Below are positions 11,337 to 24,789 of a DNA stretch of 64,000 nt, piece after piece. Both the position numbers and the translations under genes were made by a program. The stretch covers positions 246,671-310,670 of the forward strand of contig NW_005434637.1 in NCBI RefSeq assembly GCF_000315625.1, given 5' to 3'. The notes below the pieces were generated by a model, which saw nothing but the letters and a program-made list of their open reading frames with translations, did not search any database and was not told where the DNA came from. The stretch comes from Guillardia theta CCMP2712 (lineage: Eukaryota > Protista > Cryptophyta). Each line of letters opens with the position of its first letter. Position 1 is the stretch's first letter.

Positions 11337-14300
11337 TCAGGAGATCCCAAAGTTGTCCATCCCTTCCACCACAACCCGTTGGAAGGCTTGAATCAAGTCA
11401 TCCCGAGTTTGATACTCGGGTAGTACAATCTCTGCAAAGCAAGCTGAAGAAAAGGGTGAGAAGGCATTCGAACATCTCTCTCACATTACTGTGCGCGGTT
11501 GGCAGCCTCGGAAGTGGCAGCTCTGTCTTGCAGATCCGAAACTTGTTGGGCATGCGACGGAAACCTCCGGCAGGGGGGCGAGACAGCGCGCAGGAGAATT
11601 CTTGAGCAGTTCTTGTCAGTCCGATCCACAACAGCAGCATCGTCTCACTGAGGACACAACATCTGAACTCGTTGCTCGCCTGCTCCAACATCTCGAAGAA
11701 CCACTTGACGACGTTGTCACTTGCCTTCCAGCCTACCAACTCTGTGTGCTTTCTCCAATCATCCACATCAACCTCGCACGTTCCACTGATGATCTGCAGA
11801 CAAGGTCATCGGAACGTGAATCTCTGCTGCAATGACATCACCGTAGACAAGTCTTCTACAGTGATGGCTTCATACACGTTTGAGGGGATGCAGGAGTTGA
11901 AACCTTCGCGCATGGCGCGGAGCTGCTGCCGAACAGCTCTTGTTGTCCTGCAACTGACCACAAGCGACACAAACTCGTTCTTGTTCGTTTCGTTCACATA
12001 CATCGCCTGACCTGCGGTCAGTGTGAGTGGGTAGAGCAGGTCATGGCACAGCAGGGAAGCTGCCGCTGTACCTCCTGGTTTCAACGGGATCTCATGGACC
12101 TTGCCATTGCTTTCCATGCAGTGCTCAAAGGTCAAGTTGAGATCTTTCACAGGGTTGTTCACGATCCACTTGAGGTTGCTGTGAACTTCCTTGTCGACCT
12201 CCTTCAAGTCCTCTAGCTCCACCGACTCCCCGAGAAAGAACTTGAAGATGCTGCGCTACTTGTCAAAATGAGCTCTCCCACCCCACCTGCCGTCTACCTC
12301 CTGGTCAGCGTGAAACCGACGGCCACGTCATAGAGGGCAGCGAACGCCTGAGAGCAAGTCAGCTGGACGCCTGCTGGGCTCTCCTTACCAAGAATTGACC
12401 GCAGAATCGAAACACTCGAAGGTGATCGCCGAGGTGATAGATCCTGTTGCTGCTGGGGTCGATCTCAAGGCAGCAGCCGCTGGGAGTGACCCGGAAGAAA
12501 CCAGCCGAGGGGTCAAAGAGCTGAGAAGACACTACCTGGAACCACCTGGTCGGGGAGGAGGCTCAGAGCAGCAAGGCAAGAGGAGGGGCTAGGTTGCTCA
12601 CTCTCTGGTGACTCCATGACCTGACGCTGGTTCTCCCTCAAACCTCACGTTCAGTCCTGCGACCTGCATGAGGACCTGACAAGTAAGAGCCCAGTACTCA
12701 CTGACTCTCGGGAGGCTGCTCTGATGCCTGAAGGCCAGCATGCTATCCCTCAGGGCCTGACTCCTCCTGCAGATGATCCGAAGCCCTGGGAGAGTCTCGG
12801 ACGACATGCCCCACTCTATGCCCTCCCCTTGGTTCCCCAGCTCGGTGAGGGCGAAGTTTGCGGCCCGGTGCCTGCGAGAAGAGAAGGTGAGGAGAAGGAG
12901 GCAGAAGAAGAGTGGGCGACCTGAAGATAGCAACTCGAGTCTCGAAGCTTGTAATTAGAAGCTTCTGGTACTCCTGCAAGCTTGCGATGCTGTTGGAGCT
13001 CATGTCCGAGTGCAGGACGAAGTTCAAGGGCCCGTTGGGGTCGCAGAGCCCTGGGTTGAACTCGATGTATCTGTTGATGATGTCCTTATGCCACAAGATC
13101 ACGCTCATGAAGTCGAGCGGGCAGAAGGTTTGGAGGAGGCGCTTTGTGAGGCAGGGCATGCCTGTTGTGTCGAAGGAGGAGGAGGAAATGTTCGCGATCC
13201 GACAGCAGTCGATCAGGTAGGGAGCTCGGAGAAAATGTTTCGATCTGATCATCCTGCGGTTGCCTGTCAACATGTCAGCGACTACGAGGTTGTCAAAGTC
13301 CATCGCACCGGGCTCGTCGATCAGCGACTCTTCTGTTCGCAGCAGTTTGTTCAAGGCAACCAAGTAGGAAGACCTGTAGACGCAACCAACATGAGGCAGA
13401 CCTCCAAGTTGTAACGCTACTGACAAGGTGTTGAGGAATTCGCTTCTCTGAGAGTCAGACAGCTGACAAGACAGCTTGTTCATCCTCCACGATCGCATCA
13501 TTTGCATCTGCGTCAGGTGATGGTACAAGATACTCTCGTCGAAAGCCTCGTGAATTCTCCCAGTCGCTTCCAGACTGGCGAGCGACGCTACCATCTTCAT
13601 GTACTTCAGACCCGCGTCGAGCAGCGACTGTGCCCCTTCAGCCTCGCACACTCGTTAACATGTTTTTACCTGCGACATGCGCTGGATCGCGCTAGAGAGC
13701 ATGCTTGTGTTCTTCTCGCACTGCATGCAGAGGGTGCGCAAGACGCATCGCTGGCAGGCGCGTCAAGGAGTCGTCGGATTCTCAGCTCATCACTCACAAT
13801 CTCCTCTTGCCTGCAGCCGTAGTTGTCGAGGTCCACCAGCTGCTCCAGGAGGCATGTGATGGTTCCAGGAGCAAAGTCTCTCAGGTTGCAGTGGAAGGTG
13901 AAGGAGGAGGAGGAGGAGGAGGAGGACTGTTCAGCGCAAGCGTTCTCGTCGTTGTCATCCTTGCACTCCTTGCTCGATCCTGACGACCTTCGCATGACCT
14001 CAGAGTACGTGTGCTTGCTGTCATCCAAGAGCCGGGGGTAGCACTTTGACAAGATCTTGTGTATCATCTTCAGCACCTGCGGCAAACCTGTCACCAACTG
14101 TCGGCATAGCAGAGGTGTTTCCTTTGCGCAGATCTCGTGATGTCCCTCGGTCATGAAGACCCGCTGAGCTGCTAGCATTCTTCGGATGAAGTCATCGATC
14201 GCGTTCACTTCATGTGCGAATCTCGTGTAGAAAGGTTTCAGCTGTACTTCATCAGACGTGAGCGTCTTCAGTATCAGCAGGATCTTGCTGTGATGGCCTG

Positions 14301-14981
14301 CTGTCTCGGTCTTGGGCATGAAGACAGTTGTGATTTCGTTCTCAAGGATTAACATCAGGTTGCTGCCTCCCTCCGACGTGCGGCACAAGAAAGACAGGAG
14401 CTGCTGGGCATGTTCCTTCACGTCTGATCGTAGCTTGTAGTTGGTCGTGATGTTGACAAGCGTCTCCACTGCTCCGAGATGGACAAGTTTCGACCTCATG
14501 CTGATGGCTGGGACGATGGTAGAGGAGCTCTTGTGATTCATGATGACCTTTCTCGCCTCTTCTACTCCTACCTCGATGCAATCTGCACTTTTGGAGTTCA
14601 TCAGAAGTATTATCGGTAGCCCATCGCACTCTATCTTCGCTGCCCCTGCGTGACTTGTGAGTCTTGCCTATCACTCCTCCTCCTCCTTCTCCTTCTCCTT
14701 CTCCTTCTCCTTCTCCTTCTCCTTCTCCTTCTCCTCCTCCTCCTCCTCCTCCTCCTCCTCCTCCTCCTCCTCCTTCCTCACCTGGCGCTCTCGCCTGCAC
14801 CATCTTGCTCAACGACTTGCAGAGCCTCTCGTACTCATCACTTCCGGGAAGATGTTTGGTCATCTCGTCCATGATCTTCACGCAGACCGTCACGCTTGTC
14901 AAGAGTCAGTCAGTCAGTCACCTCAAGGGCAGTCGGCGAAGTCGCTCCTTCCTGCCTCCGCCGCTCCAGCGCCGCCGACAT
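11337..14981 (-). CDS. HECT-domain E3 ubiquitin ligase with ARM-like N-terminal region
   Basis: HECT motifs VRFEGEPASGHGVTRE, LEDLKEVDKEVHSNLKWI, VVKWFFEML. Spliced C-terminus RLPTAH|TCFAEIVLPEYQTRDDL...FGIS* keeps the catalytic Cys. Start uncertain. Confidence 0.85.
14674..14778 (+). repeat. (CTCCTT)n/(CTC)n microsatellite, likely intronic
   Basis: Seen directly in the sequence. Confidence 0.9.
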
Positions 14982-15175
14982 GCCCAGGTCGTCGATCGTC
15001 AGCCCAGCCGACGAGTCAATACGAAATCGAACAAGAGTCAACTTGACCGCTTTCGAAAGCATGGAGGGTGACAGATCGGTCCAGGGCGAGGGCACGATAT
15101 CAGTGAGCCCTCGTCGACATCCGTGCCGTCGAACGGGGGCTGTCAGTCGGGACAGAGTTTGACTAGGCGGCACCA

Positions 15176-15279
15176 ACGGCGTTTCATTCATCTCGCAACA
15201 ACAGGGAGGAGTAGGACGAAAGGTCGCTGACGGCGTTTCATTCATCTCGCAACAACAGGGAGGAGTAGGACGAAAGGTC
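15176..15279 (+). repeat. 54-bp tandem duplication
   Basis: ACGGCGTTTCATTCATCTCGCAACAACAGGGAGGAGTAGGACGAAAGGTC at 15176 and 15230. Confidence 0.9.
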
Positions 15280-15380
15280 CTTTCTTTGCTATGACTACAG
15301 GGAGACTCGCTCACGCGTGAATTCTATCGAAGGGAATCGGTACCTCGTGCATGCCATGTCCTGCATCCAACAAGTCACAA

Positions 15381-15388
15381 CTCCTCCT

Positions 15389-15436
<48 letters not shown>

Positions 15437-15472
15437 CCTGCTCCTGCTCCTGCTCCTGCTCCTCCTGCTCCT
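15381..15472 (+). repeat. (CCTGCT)n hexamer microsatellite
   Basis: Seen directly; the same unit in reverse complement, (GCAGGA)n, occurs at 28428-28575. Confidence 0.9.
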
Positions 15473-15529
15473 CTTTTCACTCTTCCTCTCCTCCTCTCCT
15501 CTCCTGCTCCTGCTCCTCTCCCTCCTCCA

Positions 15530-17507
15530 TGGAGAACGACCTGAAGTTTCCATGTCGTCGTGATCGTTCACACGCGGTGCAGGCAAGCCAGAGATCGGGA
15601 GGCGGGCGTGCGAGTTCAACCCGCTTCCGTTGGGCAGCCCCCCCTCTTCAGCCGTCACGTTCTACCAGCCACGTCATCATCCGACAGCGCAAGGACCTTC
15701 GCTCACCTGACCCGACAGCTTCTGCTTGCACCAATCCTTCCACCCCAACCCCAGGGTCGAGTCCAGCTCGTCCTCGTTGTCCTTCAGGTTCTCGACCACC
15801 TGAGAAGGGTCAGCCTCGAAGACGAGAGACGAGCAGTCGTCACCGAAGAGCAGTAGGTAGTCCAGTCCATGCCGTCTTCATCCCAGGTCGAAGGAGGAGG
15901 AGGAGGAGGAGGAGGCTGGAGACGTTTCCATGCTTCGCTTCCGTGAATGTTCTCACAGAAGTTTCTTCCCGGAGTGAACTCGCACTCATCTTGATACCAA
16001 AGTTGACATGCTGCGTCATGCTCTGACACTTTCTGTATGGACGGGCATCTGTTGTATCGATGAAACCTGAAGAGGAAAGGTGTGGGTGGCACTTCAGACG
16101 AGAGGAGAAAGTTTTGCACCCTTGTGTTAGTCTCTCAACGTCATCCTCGCATGCATCGCACATGCACTTGATGAAGCTGCTTCAAAGATCAACATGTCGA
16201 ACGGGTCAAGAGCGTCCCCGGGACCACTCACTCGTGCATCGGCTCACAGTAATTTGATTGGGCGTCATAGCTCTGTCTGAAGAATGTCTTGCACTGATAG
16301 TGCACCGTCACATCACGATCTCCCGCCCGACTGATGCTTACCTCGCGCTCTTTGTCGCGCTTGAACTCAGTCTTGCACGTGCCATCGTACGTCATCCATT
16401 CCTTGACATCGTTATGTCAAAACTCCACACGATTACCATGTACAACGCATACCGTCTTGTCATTCAGCATGGACTGGGCGATTCCGTACCGAGATTGACC
16501 CAGTGCAGGTGACAGGATCGCAGGGCACCTGGGACATGTCAGGTTACCGTCTCATCGACTAAAACTTTTCATGTACCAATGTGAATTCAATTCATGAGTG
16601 CAGATAGTCGAAAAGAGTCCATGGCATCCATGACCAGGAGGAAAATTTTGGTTGCCAACCTTACAAGGGCAAATGAATGTGAGTAGAAGTTTCACACAGA
16701 TGCTAAAGATCGAACCAAAGAAACAAGGTGACAGTGAGAGTCTTTTCTCATCTGTTCAATCACAAGTTTTGCTTTGCTGTCTTGTGTCCAGTATCTGAAA
16801 TCAAGCAAGAATGAGCTGACGACCGCTCAGTTGCAAACGGTTCCTGTTGTCCCAGTACTTGAGAAGGGTCGGATCGCAGGCCCGGCATGCACACTGAATC
16901 TCATATCAACATGGAAACATTCAAACAGCACAATGCATTCCAACCTGAAAGGGAACTTTGGCGTTGGAACAAAAGTAATGAGCAGATTCTTCATGGTCAG
17001 CTCTCAAGAGCGCCTCGGCTTGTGCTTTAGGGATATTTTGCTCACTTGCCTGCAGGATGTTCAGGTTCAAATGAAGCAACAGGATCTCTTTACAAGGAAA
17101 TCAGCGTAGCAGTCATAGATCTCTGTGATGTTGCAGGCAGGAGGAGGCAGCTCGTTGGATTCACCATACGGCGGCTCGTCGCCTCCACTAGCAGCTTCAT
17201 CCCCCGCAAGGATCGATCGCTGCAGGTGAATCTTTCTTTGCCGGCTCTCCGCCTCCCCGTCTATGCTCCTGTGAAGCTGCACCAAATTTCTCATGTTCCT
17301 CTCCTTGGATCTCAGGCTTCGCATGAATTTTGCGGCTCTGGCAGCGTCGTCCACATGATCCTGCTCGCTATACCTGTGACGCAGAGGTCTGACAAGAAGC
17401 TCGTCCGCATCCGAAACGAAACTGAGGACGGCAATCATTGCTAGAACTCCTGCTGTGCACATGAGGAGGACAGGGAAGAGCCATGTCCCCTTCAAGGAAG
17501 CAATCAT
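15530..17507 (-). CDS. Cys-rich hypothetical protein with N-terminal TM/signal anchor, many exons
   Basis: Hydrophobic WLFPVLLMCTAGVLAMIAVLSFV; spliced Cys-rich exons (CNITEIYDCY, EWMTYDGTCK, FIKCMCDAC, CQLWYQDECEF); 3' end uncertain. Confidence 0.5.
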
Positions 17508-18178
17508 CTCTTAGATGATCGCAGAACCTGGAGAAGGAAGCCTGAAAACATTCGATTCAGCCTCAGTTACAGAGAGCAAGTGATGGATGATGAATGAAAT
17601 ATCTTTGATATTGAACAAGGTGGGAGATCCTGTTCATAATTGCTGACGATACTTGTCATTTGCTTTCGTCTATCTTGAACTTGCATTTCCTGCTTTTTCT
17701 CCTCATTTCATTTACAGCTGTAGATGCTCTTTCATTCATGAACATAGGACCTTACAGCGACGATTCACCTCAATCTGTTCTCCTCAATTCTGTTAACCTC
17801 ATTTTTCTTCTCCCCTTCCCCTCCCTCCTCCCCCCAACTGCACCAATTCCTTGACCATCGCCAAGAGTCATTCGCTTTAAAAAAAAGTCATGTCAAAACC
17901 TCGTCCCCTCTTCCCCACTCACACCCAATCGACCTGGGGGGCCGGGGGGCCTGGTCCACTGCGGCCTCAGGCCAGAGTCCAGGCCAGAGTCCAGGCTGCC
18001 CACTGGGCTTCTGCGACGTGCCCGAGGCTGGCCTTCCAGCGAGCAGGAGGCTAACTGAGAATCGGTAGAGTGCTTCAGGCAGCAGACAGCACTGATCGTG
18101 TTCAAGGTGTTTATTGGGCGTAACGTCGAGAGAATGACCCCGCCGCTCACTGGCTGACTCGAGAGGCTCGCACAGTTC

Positions 18179-20182
18179 TTATATCATACTTACACTAGAA
18201 GGACGTGAGATCGAGATGTCTGCGTTGATTACTGGCATGATTTTAGTTCTTGTAATGACCTTTGAGTAGCTGCATGTTCAAGCAATCAGGAAACAGCGAT
18301 CAGAGTCAAATGCCAGTCGAAAATACCTCGGTCCATCCCTTCCTTGCATCTTCAAGTTGCATTCACTGCCAACCTCTCCTCGGAGCAACAAGCTCGCCTG
18401 GTCCCATATCAGTACGCACTTCAAGTCAGTCACACACGATACGCACAAGGGTGACCGTAAGGTCTTTTGCCGCTCGCCCGTTGATTTCAAGCACCACATC
18501 ACCAACCTGTTGCCATTGAGAATAGATCAAGTTCTTTCTCATTCGTTTTACCTTGATTCGTCCATCAGCTTCTGCAGCAGAACCAGAAATGATGTCAAGA
18601 ACGTAGATCTCATCATCATCCTTATCTAGCACCAGCCCCACTGTGCCCACGTTTTGGCCTGGTGATCGATCTTGGCTGTCATCAGCAGACCTGTCGACAA
18701 TCTTCTGAGAAGCCTGGGAATTGAGAAATCTGTTCTCTTGAGTGAGTCGCGAGCATTCTGCCTCCAGACGTATGATGGATTGCTCGAGCTGACTGATTCT
18801 GGAGTCACGATCGAGAACCGTCTTCTGCCAGGACTCAATCTTCTCATTCCACATTCGAGAAGAAAAAGCAGCCATGTCTGTTTGACTCAGTCTCGATCTT
18901 GCCTCAGCAAGTTCCTTTTCGCATGCTTTGTGCTTGTTCTTCCATTCCTCAATTAGCCTTTCTGCTTGCTTGACCCCGTCAGCTGTAAAACAGACGCATC
19001 AATCTTGTGAAAGAAGGTCTCAACGGAACGATCACCTAGTTTCTGATTTTCTACCAAAATATCGTCGCTGTTTACATACTTCTTTTGCCACTCAGTGACG
19101 TGCTTCGTAAGTGTTCCGTTACTCTGAGTCAACAGCTCAATGCGAGCCTCGAGATCGCGCTGCACGACTTCGAAGTTCGAATATTGAAGCTTGTACTCGG
19201 AGAACTCTGAGTTCAAGGAGTGGTACTTGTTCTGCCATTCGGTTGCGTTGGATACAATATCACGTAGCCTCTCCGCAGTATCGATCGAATCTTGCTCAGC
19301 CTTCCTACGAGCCTTAGCCTCGCTCTCTGCCCTAACTTCGACTATTTCTTTCAACTTCTTGGCACTACTGAGTTCAGATTGGAGCGCAAGAATTACGCGA
19401 TCCTTCTCTGCAACCTGTTGCTCCATGTCTCGGACCGAGTTCTGAAGCTGAATCGCGTTTTGCTCCATCTGCAGTATGGTTTTCTCAGCTTTCTGAACCT
19501 TCTCTTCTGCAGCATGCATGGACAAGTCTGTCATATTTCGCATTTGTTCAATTTTGCGCTCCGCCTTCTCAAGATCATCTTGAAGTCCCTCCGCGATTGC
19601 ATAGATGGTCCTTTCATCGATCAGCTCGTATTGGCCGATGAGATTTTCTCGTATCCTGAAGGAGGAGCCCTGCTTTCAACCCTCATCCTCTGCCAGCATC
19701 GCCTGCCAACACCGTACCTCGTTTATTTCTGACACGTACAAGTTGTTGGAGCCGTAGATGATGTCTTCCACCTGCTAAATGTCACAACGAGCATTGAACA
19801 ACTCCCTGAAGATAGCACCAGACCGCCATCCCAGCAAACTGAGCAAGCAGAAACGTCAAACATAACCGTACATCAGACGAAAGAAGCGGACCTTGGACCG
19901 TTGTGTCATTCACTGCTGTGACTGTGCCGATACCATGCTGTCTTAAATGAGGAGCCATGGTAACTCGCATGCCTTCCATTGGCGGAATGTCCTTTCCGAC
20001 CTTTCCAGCTATCAACAGGGCAAAACAGGTGACAACAAAGTCTTTTACGCATTTCGAAGGAATGAAAGTCTGCCCGGAACTCTGCTAGCATGGTGAAAAC
20101 CAATGGAAAGGTGTGAAACAATGAGTACCACTACACCAACAGTCCCCATCGGCCCTGACTGCATGATATCATTTCCCATCAT
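18179..20182 (-). CDS. coiled-coil protein with C-terminal PDZ domain
   Basis: Long heptad-rich ORFs 18953..19543 and 18426..18875; PDZ-like VGLVLDKDDDEIYVLDIISGSAAEADGRIK|VGDVVLEING...LLRGEVGSECNL. 5' end uncertain, may extend to ~20714. Confidence 0.65.
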
Positions 20183-21309
20183 GGCTTTCACTGTACATTG
20201 AAGCAGAAGTTAGCTAGCCATTGTTGCACAACTAAATCATGTTGATTGATGACTCTACACGGCTATTGGTCATCATGTAAATTTGGGAAAATCGCTATTT
20301 CAAGGACGCCCTTTGAACACTATCAATTTTCTCATCTGTTGGGATCCCTATCCTGAATTTACGTTTATCGTGGTCTTCGAACAGAACATACTTGCCCTTG
20401 CACGGCATGTTATTTCGAAACTCAGCCATTCTGCGGGGGCCTTCTGATATTTCTTCTCTAAGAAGTCTGTTGTCTCTCTTATTTGAATCCTCTGTGCAAT
20501 TTTCGTCTTCTCCTCCCCTTGTATCTCTACATGTGACTCTGAAGATGAGCACAACTCTAATGCACCCTCCTCTCAACAGAGCTTCCTTGTGGTTGCCTGT
20601 TTCGTCTCCCTTTCTCCCCTCACATCTTCTCCTTGTTTCCCATCAACTCGCCCTCCACCACCACCACCTCCTCCTCCTCCTCCTCCTCCTGCGCATTCCG
20701 CACCTGTCATCGCCATTCGGACTCGGATCTTCAAAGAGTACCCCCACCCCACCCTATTTCATCCTATTGAAAGCCTACGCAAGGCCACCCACCCCTTGTA
20801 CCTGTCCGTTTCCTACTGCTCATCCGATGTTTCTAAGACCTGGGTCTTACCTGAGACTACGGGAGTTGTCATAGAGAGGTGGATATACACTGGTCCTAGT
20901 TAGAGTAGTCCTACCGCGATCGTCCCTGCATGCAGGGCAAGGCCACGATGAAAGAGGAAGGGAGGAGCAGGAGGAGGACGGGGAGGATAAGGAGGATGGA
21001 GAGAGTTGTAGGAGACAATTTTGATCCGGAAAGAGCAACAAGTCAGGCGAGATGGAAGGAGATGTCAAGGAAAGGGCAAGTAAAGTTTGAGGCAAGACAA
21101 GACCATAGCAGACTGGGGGCCGACGTTTGTGATGGCGTTGACAGCAGAGAGTTCGGGGAGAGAAGTTGAGGATCAGAAGTGAACTAGAAGCAATCTTGTG
21201 ATCAGAAAGGTTGAGGGATACAGGGACAAGGCGGGATAACAGCTTGCATTGGGGATTTCTGCGATTGTTGCAGGACTATTGACTCTGTTGCAGCAGGCAG
21301 GCAGGCGGG

Positions 21310-22946
21310 ATGGATGAGGCTCATGAACTTGCCGCGAACCTAGAAGAACAGATTTTGTTGATGAATCGTGCAGCAAAGGAGGAGATCAACGCATTGACGA
21401 TGGTCGCTCAGGACTATGTTGAAAACGAACACTTGTGTGACACAATCGTGCGATCGATCGAAACTTGTGTTGAAAAAGCAGTCAATGACAAGAAATTGAT
21501 TCCTTTGTACGTTATGGACTCAATTCTTAAGAACGTCGGAGGAGTGTACAACAAGCTTATCTTGTTGAACCTGAATCAGACTCTATGCAACGCCTTTCAG
21601 CAATCGGACAACACCGTGAAGCAAAAGATGATCAAGCTACTGAACACGTAAACAGATGATGGATCGATGCCGCCTGCTGATCTCTTCCTAGGTGGTCCGA
21701 TCAGAATATTTTTTCCAAGAGTGTTGTCGACAAGATTCGCCAAGGCATGATGAGCATTCTACAAACCCCTTCGATGCCTTCATGGAGGGACAAAAATAAC
21801 CTGCAGCAACCAATGATGGTGCCGAATGGGTCGATGCACATGGTATAGAATCATAAATGACTTTCATGCTTGTGTGGTGTTAACCATGGTGACTCCAGCC
21901 GATGGGACGTAACTCCTTGCAGATGGAACCGTCGTCTTCGTCAACGGGCAACATGGTATGCATGTTGCGAAGTAGTTGCATCAGCTCACGTCTTCTTGCT
22001 TCAGTTCTTGTATTCCGGCTCTGGTCATCCGTCAAAGACTGCATCTTTTGTGAATGATAATCCTCCCTATCTAAGCACTCGTGAACCATTCACTAGCTTT
22101 GGGCATCCTCAACTTAACTTGGGTCCTGTTCATGGTCAGTTTGGCCATAACGGATCGATGAACGTATTGCATGCAAACTTACTTCAAACCCGGTCCACCT
22201 CATGTTCTCTTGAGTATGCACAGACGATACAGAATCCTGCCAGCTCTCAGCACTACGACGTGGGGGATATGTGCATTGCCAGCCATCCGCCATGCGCTTT
22301 GCTACAAAGTTCGCCGCCTATAAGACACAAACGAAAGCTGTCTGCGAAGGATTTATCCAGGTATAAACCATTCCATTCTTTGTTTATCGAATGTATTTTG
22401 GCTTGTGAGACGGTTTGCATTTGGATGTGCAACCTCCTCTGCCCTTTTCTGCCTCCTTTAATGATTGAATGTAGCATGGATGTCACGCATGTGATAAGCT
22501 CTCTGTATGAAGAAAAACCTTTCACGTCAAAGATTGATGGGCGGAGATTCAAGAACAAAGAGGATCTAGATCGTCATCTTGACATGTTATTTGAGAGAAA
22601 CCGTGCTAAGAAGGAGCGCTTTGGGAATCAAGAGCGGTTGTGGTTTCGGAACATTAGTGAGTGGTGTAGGGCAGAGGACATCTCCTCTTCGCGCACTCCC
22701 TTGAGAGACTTCAACAAGAGCAAGGACGGCATAGAGAAAGCAGCGGAGCCGATAAAATTGAATGTCGTGCAAGCAGACGATCTTGATGGGCTAGCCAAGT
22801 GTGCAGCTTGCAACGAGGTGCTCAAGAAGGAGTGGAGGGCCGACGAAGATAGGTGGGTACTGCATGGCGTCTACCGTATGAATGGGAACGGCGAGTTTGA
22901 TGATCATGGGACCATTTTCGTCCATCAAGGCTGCTTCCAGGGATAA
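21310..22946 (+). CDS. PCF11: pre-mRNA cleavage/polyadenylation factor Pcf11-like
   Basis: N-terminal CID (INALTMVAQD...KKLIPLYVMDSILKNVG...KLLNT|W). C-terminal region GRRF...DRHLD..F, R.WF and CAACNE...W...HQGC. Confidence 0.85.
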
Positions 22947-23346
22947 CCACAACGCTGTTCGCTTCCTTCGCCCTCTTTCCTCCTCCCGCTCCCTCGCTCC
23001 CCTTCTCCTGATCCCGACGAGCCTTCCTGGGATTTCTGCCTGAGACGTTCTCTTCTTCCTCAGGAAGAAAAGTCACCAGTTCTCTTCCTCCTAGGAGCTC
23101 TCCATTGTTCTTCCAGTAGCCCCTGCTGTCTCTTCCTTCCCCCACACCTTTCCCCTCGTCTCATTGATTCATCGCAATCGAAATCGGCGAGCGCATGCTT
23201 TGTTGCAGTCCCGGATGGTTGCGAGGCGGTTTCATGCGGACAAAGTGAGTCTCTTGCAATGTGAGATAGAGCAGGGAGACGTCCAGGAACATGATGGTGC
23301 TGGAGACACAGGAGGGGGAGCAGGAGGAATTTTGCCAGTCTTGTTA

Positions 23347-24757
23347 TCAGAACTTTAGTGGAATGAAACGGGTTGGACGACCGGAACTTGCGGACAGTAG
23401 GATATGACTCCTCGTCTTGACTGCCTTCCCTCCCTCTCCTCTGCCTCCTACTTCCCCTACTCCTCCTTGTTCCTCGTTCTCTCCCTCCGCCTTCCCTGAT
23501 GCAATCGCCCAAGTCTCCAAAGCCATCCGCATCCCTCGCTCCCATGCTCGACTCTGCCCTTCCAAAATCTTTTCCCGGTGCACCTGCTGAACATTTCATG
23601 GAGTAGCACAAAGACTAAGAATCGTGTCACCTCCCTCCTCTCTCCTCGCGTGCAGGAGCAAGCCAGTCTGCGGTACTCCTCCTCCCCTCGAGCCATCCCT
23701 GCGACCCCCTGCGAGCCGCCGAAGGCGACGAGGAAGGAGGCGCTGATGCGAGACATGAGCGACTCCTCAGGAGCAGACAGGAAGCAGAGGCCATGCTCGA
23801 GCACAAGCTTACTTGCCACTGGATCTCTCTGTACATCGAAGTCACGAGGAGGAGGAGGAAGCAAGGGCATTGAGGACCAGGAGGATGTCGCTCCCTCCAA
23901 GAAGCTCCAGCACCGCGCTCGATGTCACCGCATGCTCCGTGAGGTTGCTGGAATGCCAGAGGACAAGCTCTCCTTGTCCCCGGGAGGAGAAGGCAGACTC
24001 AACCGGCTGCTTGCCCTGCCTGCCCGTCAACGAGGAAGCAGCTGAAAAGCATGCTTGTCCACCAGAGTGTCGGGGAGGACGAGATCAGCGCAAGATCGCA
24101 AGATGCTGCTCCACTGCTGCAGGGTCCTTGTCTGGATGGACGAGAGACTTCCGAGGAAGAGAAGCTTGCGCCGAGATGGAGCCTGGGGTCACAAACCTGA
24201 GTGAGGGAAGCAGAGGCGGCAAGTTGCTACTTGTGGAGTAGGAGGGGGAGAGGCGTCTCGAGTTTGTTCGATGTGAGGAGGCAGCGGAGGAGCCTTGAAC
24301 AGGATCAACTTCTCTGTGAAACTCGCTGCAAACTCTGGTGGAGTTGCCACCCTGCGCTCGCGTTCAGGGTAGACGGGAATGAACAGGAAGAAGAGCAGGC
24401 GAAAGGGAAGACAAGTGAGAAGGGAAGACAAGTGAAATGGCAGATGAGATGAAGGGCAGGAGCAATCGTTATTTGAAGGGAGCTGGGCAGAACCAAAAAC
24501 TGAGCCATGGCAGGAGAGCAGGATGTGCAGAAGGAGGAGGAGGAGGAGGAGGAGGAGGAGGAGGATGGAAGTAGGAGGACAGGAGGAGGAGATTGCAAGG
24601 AAAGCGTAACGTCACCAGTCACTGGCTAGCATGGGTAACGATGAGCTTCTTGCTGTTGCCGGCCACCTCGACCCCCATCCTCGGACCTGTTGAAGCTGAG
24701 GTTACTGGAGGAGAAGGAGGAGATCAAGGAGGGGGGAGGGAGGAGGAGGAAGAGGAG

Positions 24758-24789
<32 letters not shown>

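Noticed and set aside
14342-15658. Poly-Leu, poly-Pro, GA-repeat and RS-repeat ORFs suggesting an SR protein or extensin
   Set aside because: These are translations of microsatellites that stay open in several frames on both strands
23578-24452. Plus-strand ORFs of 80-155 aa
   Set aside because: Antisense shadows of the GT41 catalytic-domain exons
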